Part shown: in pieces, positions 30,816 to 32,000 of the stretch
Layout: each line of letters starts with the position of its first letter
Numbering within the stretch: position 1 is the first letter of the stretch
Source: Nitrosospira multiformis ATCC 25196
Lineage (GTDB): Bacteria > Pseudomonadota > Gammaproteobacteria > Burkholderiales > Nitrosomonadaceae
DNA length: 32,000 bases
Direction of reading: 5' to 3'
Assembly: GCF_000196355.1 (NCBI RefSeq)
Contig: NC_007614.1
Coordinates: 1,410,001 to 1,442,000 of the forward strand
Notes under the pieces: generated by a model
Told to the model about the DNA's origin: nothing
The model's input: only the letters and a program-made list of their open reading frames with translations
Database searches by the model: none
Translations under genes and position numbers: made by a program

Positions 30816-32000
30816 TCACTGCCTGATCAGCCTTCTGAGCACGTCTGCCAGGACAACAGGAAGCGTTTCCGCCTGCTGCAATACGGCGTAGTGCCGGGCG
30901 CCAAACACCCGGGCAAGATATTGCGGCGCCTGCCGGTCGACGGTAATGCAGAACGGATGAATAGCCTGGAGACGGGCTTCCGTCACGGCCTGGCGCATGT
31001 CTTCCACTCCGTAGCGCCCCTCATAGCGATCGACATCGTTGGGTTTTCCGTCCGACAGCAGGATAAGCAGGCGATACCGGGCGCTGGTGGCGGCGAGCAG
31101 GCTGGTGGTGTGGCGAATCGCAGCTCCCGCGCGCGTGTAGAGCTGCGGTTCCAATGCTGCAATGCGGCGTTGCACAAGTATCCGGTCGTTCTCTTCAAAA
31201 TTCTTCAAGGGCCATAATGAGACGTTTTGGGGGCCTTCTCCCGAAAAAGCATAAATGCAGAAAGGGTCACCCAGTTTGGCCAATGCCAGATAAACGAGCA
31301 GCAGCGCTTCCTTTTCAACGTCGATGATGCGCAACTCCTGAGAAACCCAGCCATCGGTCGAACCGCTGATATCGATCAGCAATGCAACGGCAATGTCGCG
31401 CCGCGCTGCTTTTACCGATTGATACAAGCGATCCTGCGGGGGCAAGCCTGCTCGTCGTTCCGCGAAGGCATTCACCCAGGCATTGATATCGATCTCCTCT
31501 CCTTCCGGTTGGCGGTGGTAGCGAATCCGTCGCGGTCGCAGCCCCTCAAGCCGAAGCTGAACTTGCCGCAGCAGGGCGGGGCATCTTGCCACGACGGATT
31601 CTGCCCAGGCGACATCTCCCAGCAATGGCGGTTGAAGCCGAACGATGGCACCCTCCTTGTGATAACGCGAAACGCGGAAATCCCATTCAGGGTAGGCAAT
31701 GCCGTGCCTCACTCCTGTGCCGGGGAGGACGAGCGTCGTCCGTTGATCAAGGGGATCATCCGCCAGCAGGAGTTCGCGCACGGTTTTCGAAGATGAGATG
31801 AGCGGTGCTTCCGGCAGTTCGGACAGGGAATCCGCCAGATCGGCGGCATCAGCGTCATCGTCACGGTCAGCCGGCCGCTGGAGGCCCGCAGGGTCTTCGA
31901 CGTGCTGCTGCGGATCATCCTTCTGCACCATCCACATCCCTTGCATCTGGTCATCCTCATCGGGAGTTTTTTCCCGGGCTTGCGGGCGACGGGAAAGATT
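30816..32000 (-). CDS. VWA-domain protein, NorD/CbbO-like (5' end outside the window)
   Basis: MIDAS-type DISGSTDG, LLILLSDGKPNDVDRYEGRYGVEDMRQAV, C-terminal RVFGARHYAVLQQAETLPVVLADVLRRLI. The frame remains open through position 32000, so the ORF-track start (31946) is not the real start. Confidence 0.8.
   Translation of the reverse strand, partial: NLSRRPQAREKTPDEDDQMQGMWMVQKDDPQQHVEDPAGLQRPADRDDDADAADLADSLSELPEAPLISSSKTVRELLLADDPLDQRTTLVLPGTGVRHGIAYPEWDFRVSRYHKEGAIVRLQPPLLGDVAWAESVVARCPALLRQVQLRLEGLRPRRIRYHRQPEGEEIDINAWVNAFAERRAGLPPQDRLYQSVKAARRDIAVALLIDISGSTDGWVSQELRIIDVEKEALLLVYLALAKLGDPFCIYAFSGEGPQNVSLWPLKNFEENDRILVQRRIAALEPQLYTRAGAAIRHTTSLLAATSARYRLLILLSDGKPNDVDRYEGRYGVEDMRQAVTEARLQAIHPFCITVDRQAPQYLARVFGARHYAVLQQAETLPVVLADVLRRLIRQ

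Noticed and set aside
31227-31796. 189-aa plus-strand ORF opposite the VWA protein
   Set aside because: Antisense shadow of the NorD/CbbO-like gene.

Overview
This window looks like a mostly chromosomal, well-annotatable region of a betaproteobacterium, with gene content reminiscent of an ammonia oxidiser such as Nitrosospira (inference only, no search run). From left to right it contains: pyrG, eno and ftsB; a minus-strand metal ABC transporter (permease, ATPase, binding protein); a divergent TonB-dependent receptor plus NikR-type regulator; a minus-strand two-component system (NarL/LuxR-type response regulator and HAMP histidine kinase) divergent from an outer-membrane porin; a complete urease cluster ureD-A-B-C-E-F-G followed by a UT-family urea transporter; a 1028-aa winged-helix/AAA/TPR regulator; a small PEGA-like lipoprotein; an IS481-like element; a PEP-CTERM exosortase substrate; a small secreted protein; a GH13 alpha-glucosidase; an APC amino-acid permease; and the 3' part of a NorD/CbbO-like VWA protein running off the window edge. 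The strongest non-routine observation is that the IS element has base-exact boundaries (24793..26015, 28-nt imperfect TIRs starting TGTAGTAGT, perfect 7-bp direct repeat TCTAATC). It splits the signal peptide of the PEP-CTERM gene, and removing the IS plus one TSD copy restores an in-frame classical signal peptide (MNVTTKSLIAAMIFGGSAATADA). A second theme is a possible urea/nickel uptake and use neighbourhood. I found no CRISPR array, tRNA/rRNA or clearly novel defence system, and I do not claim one.
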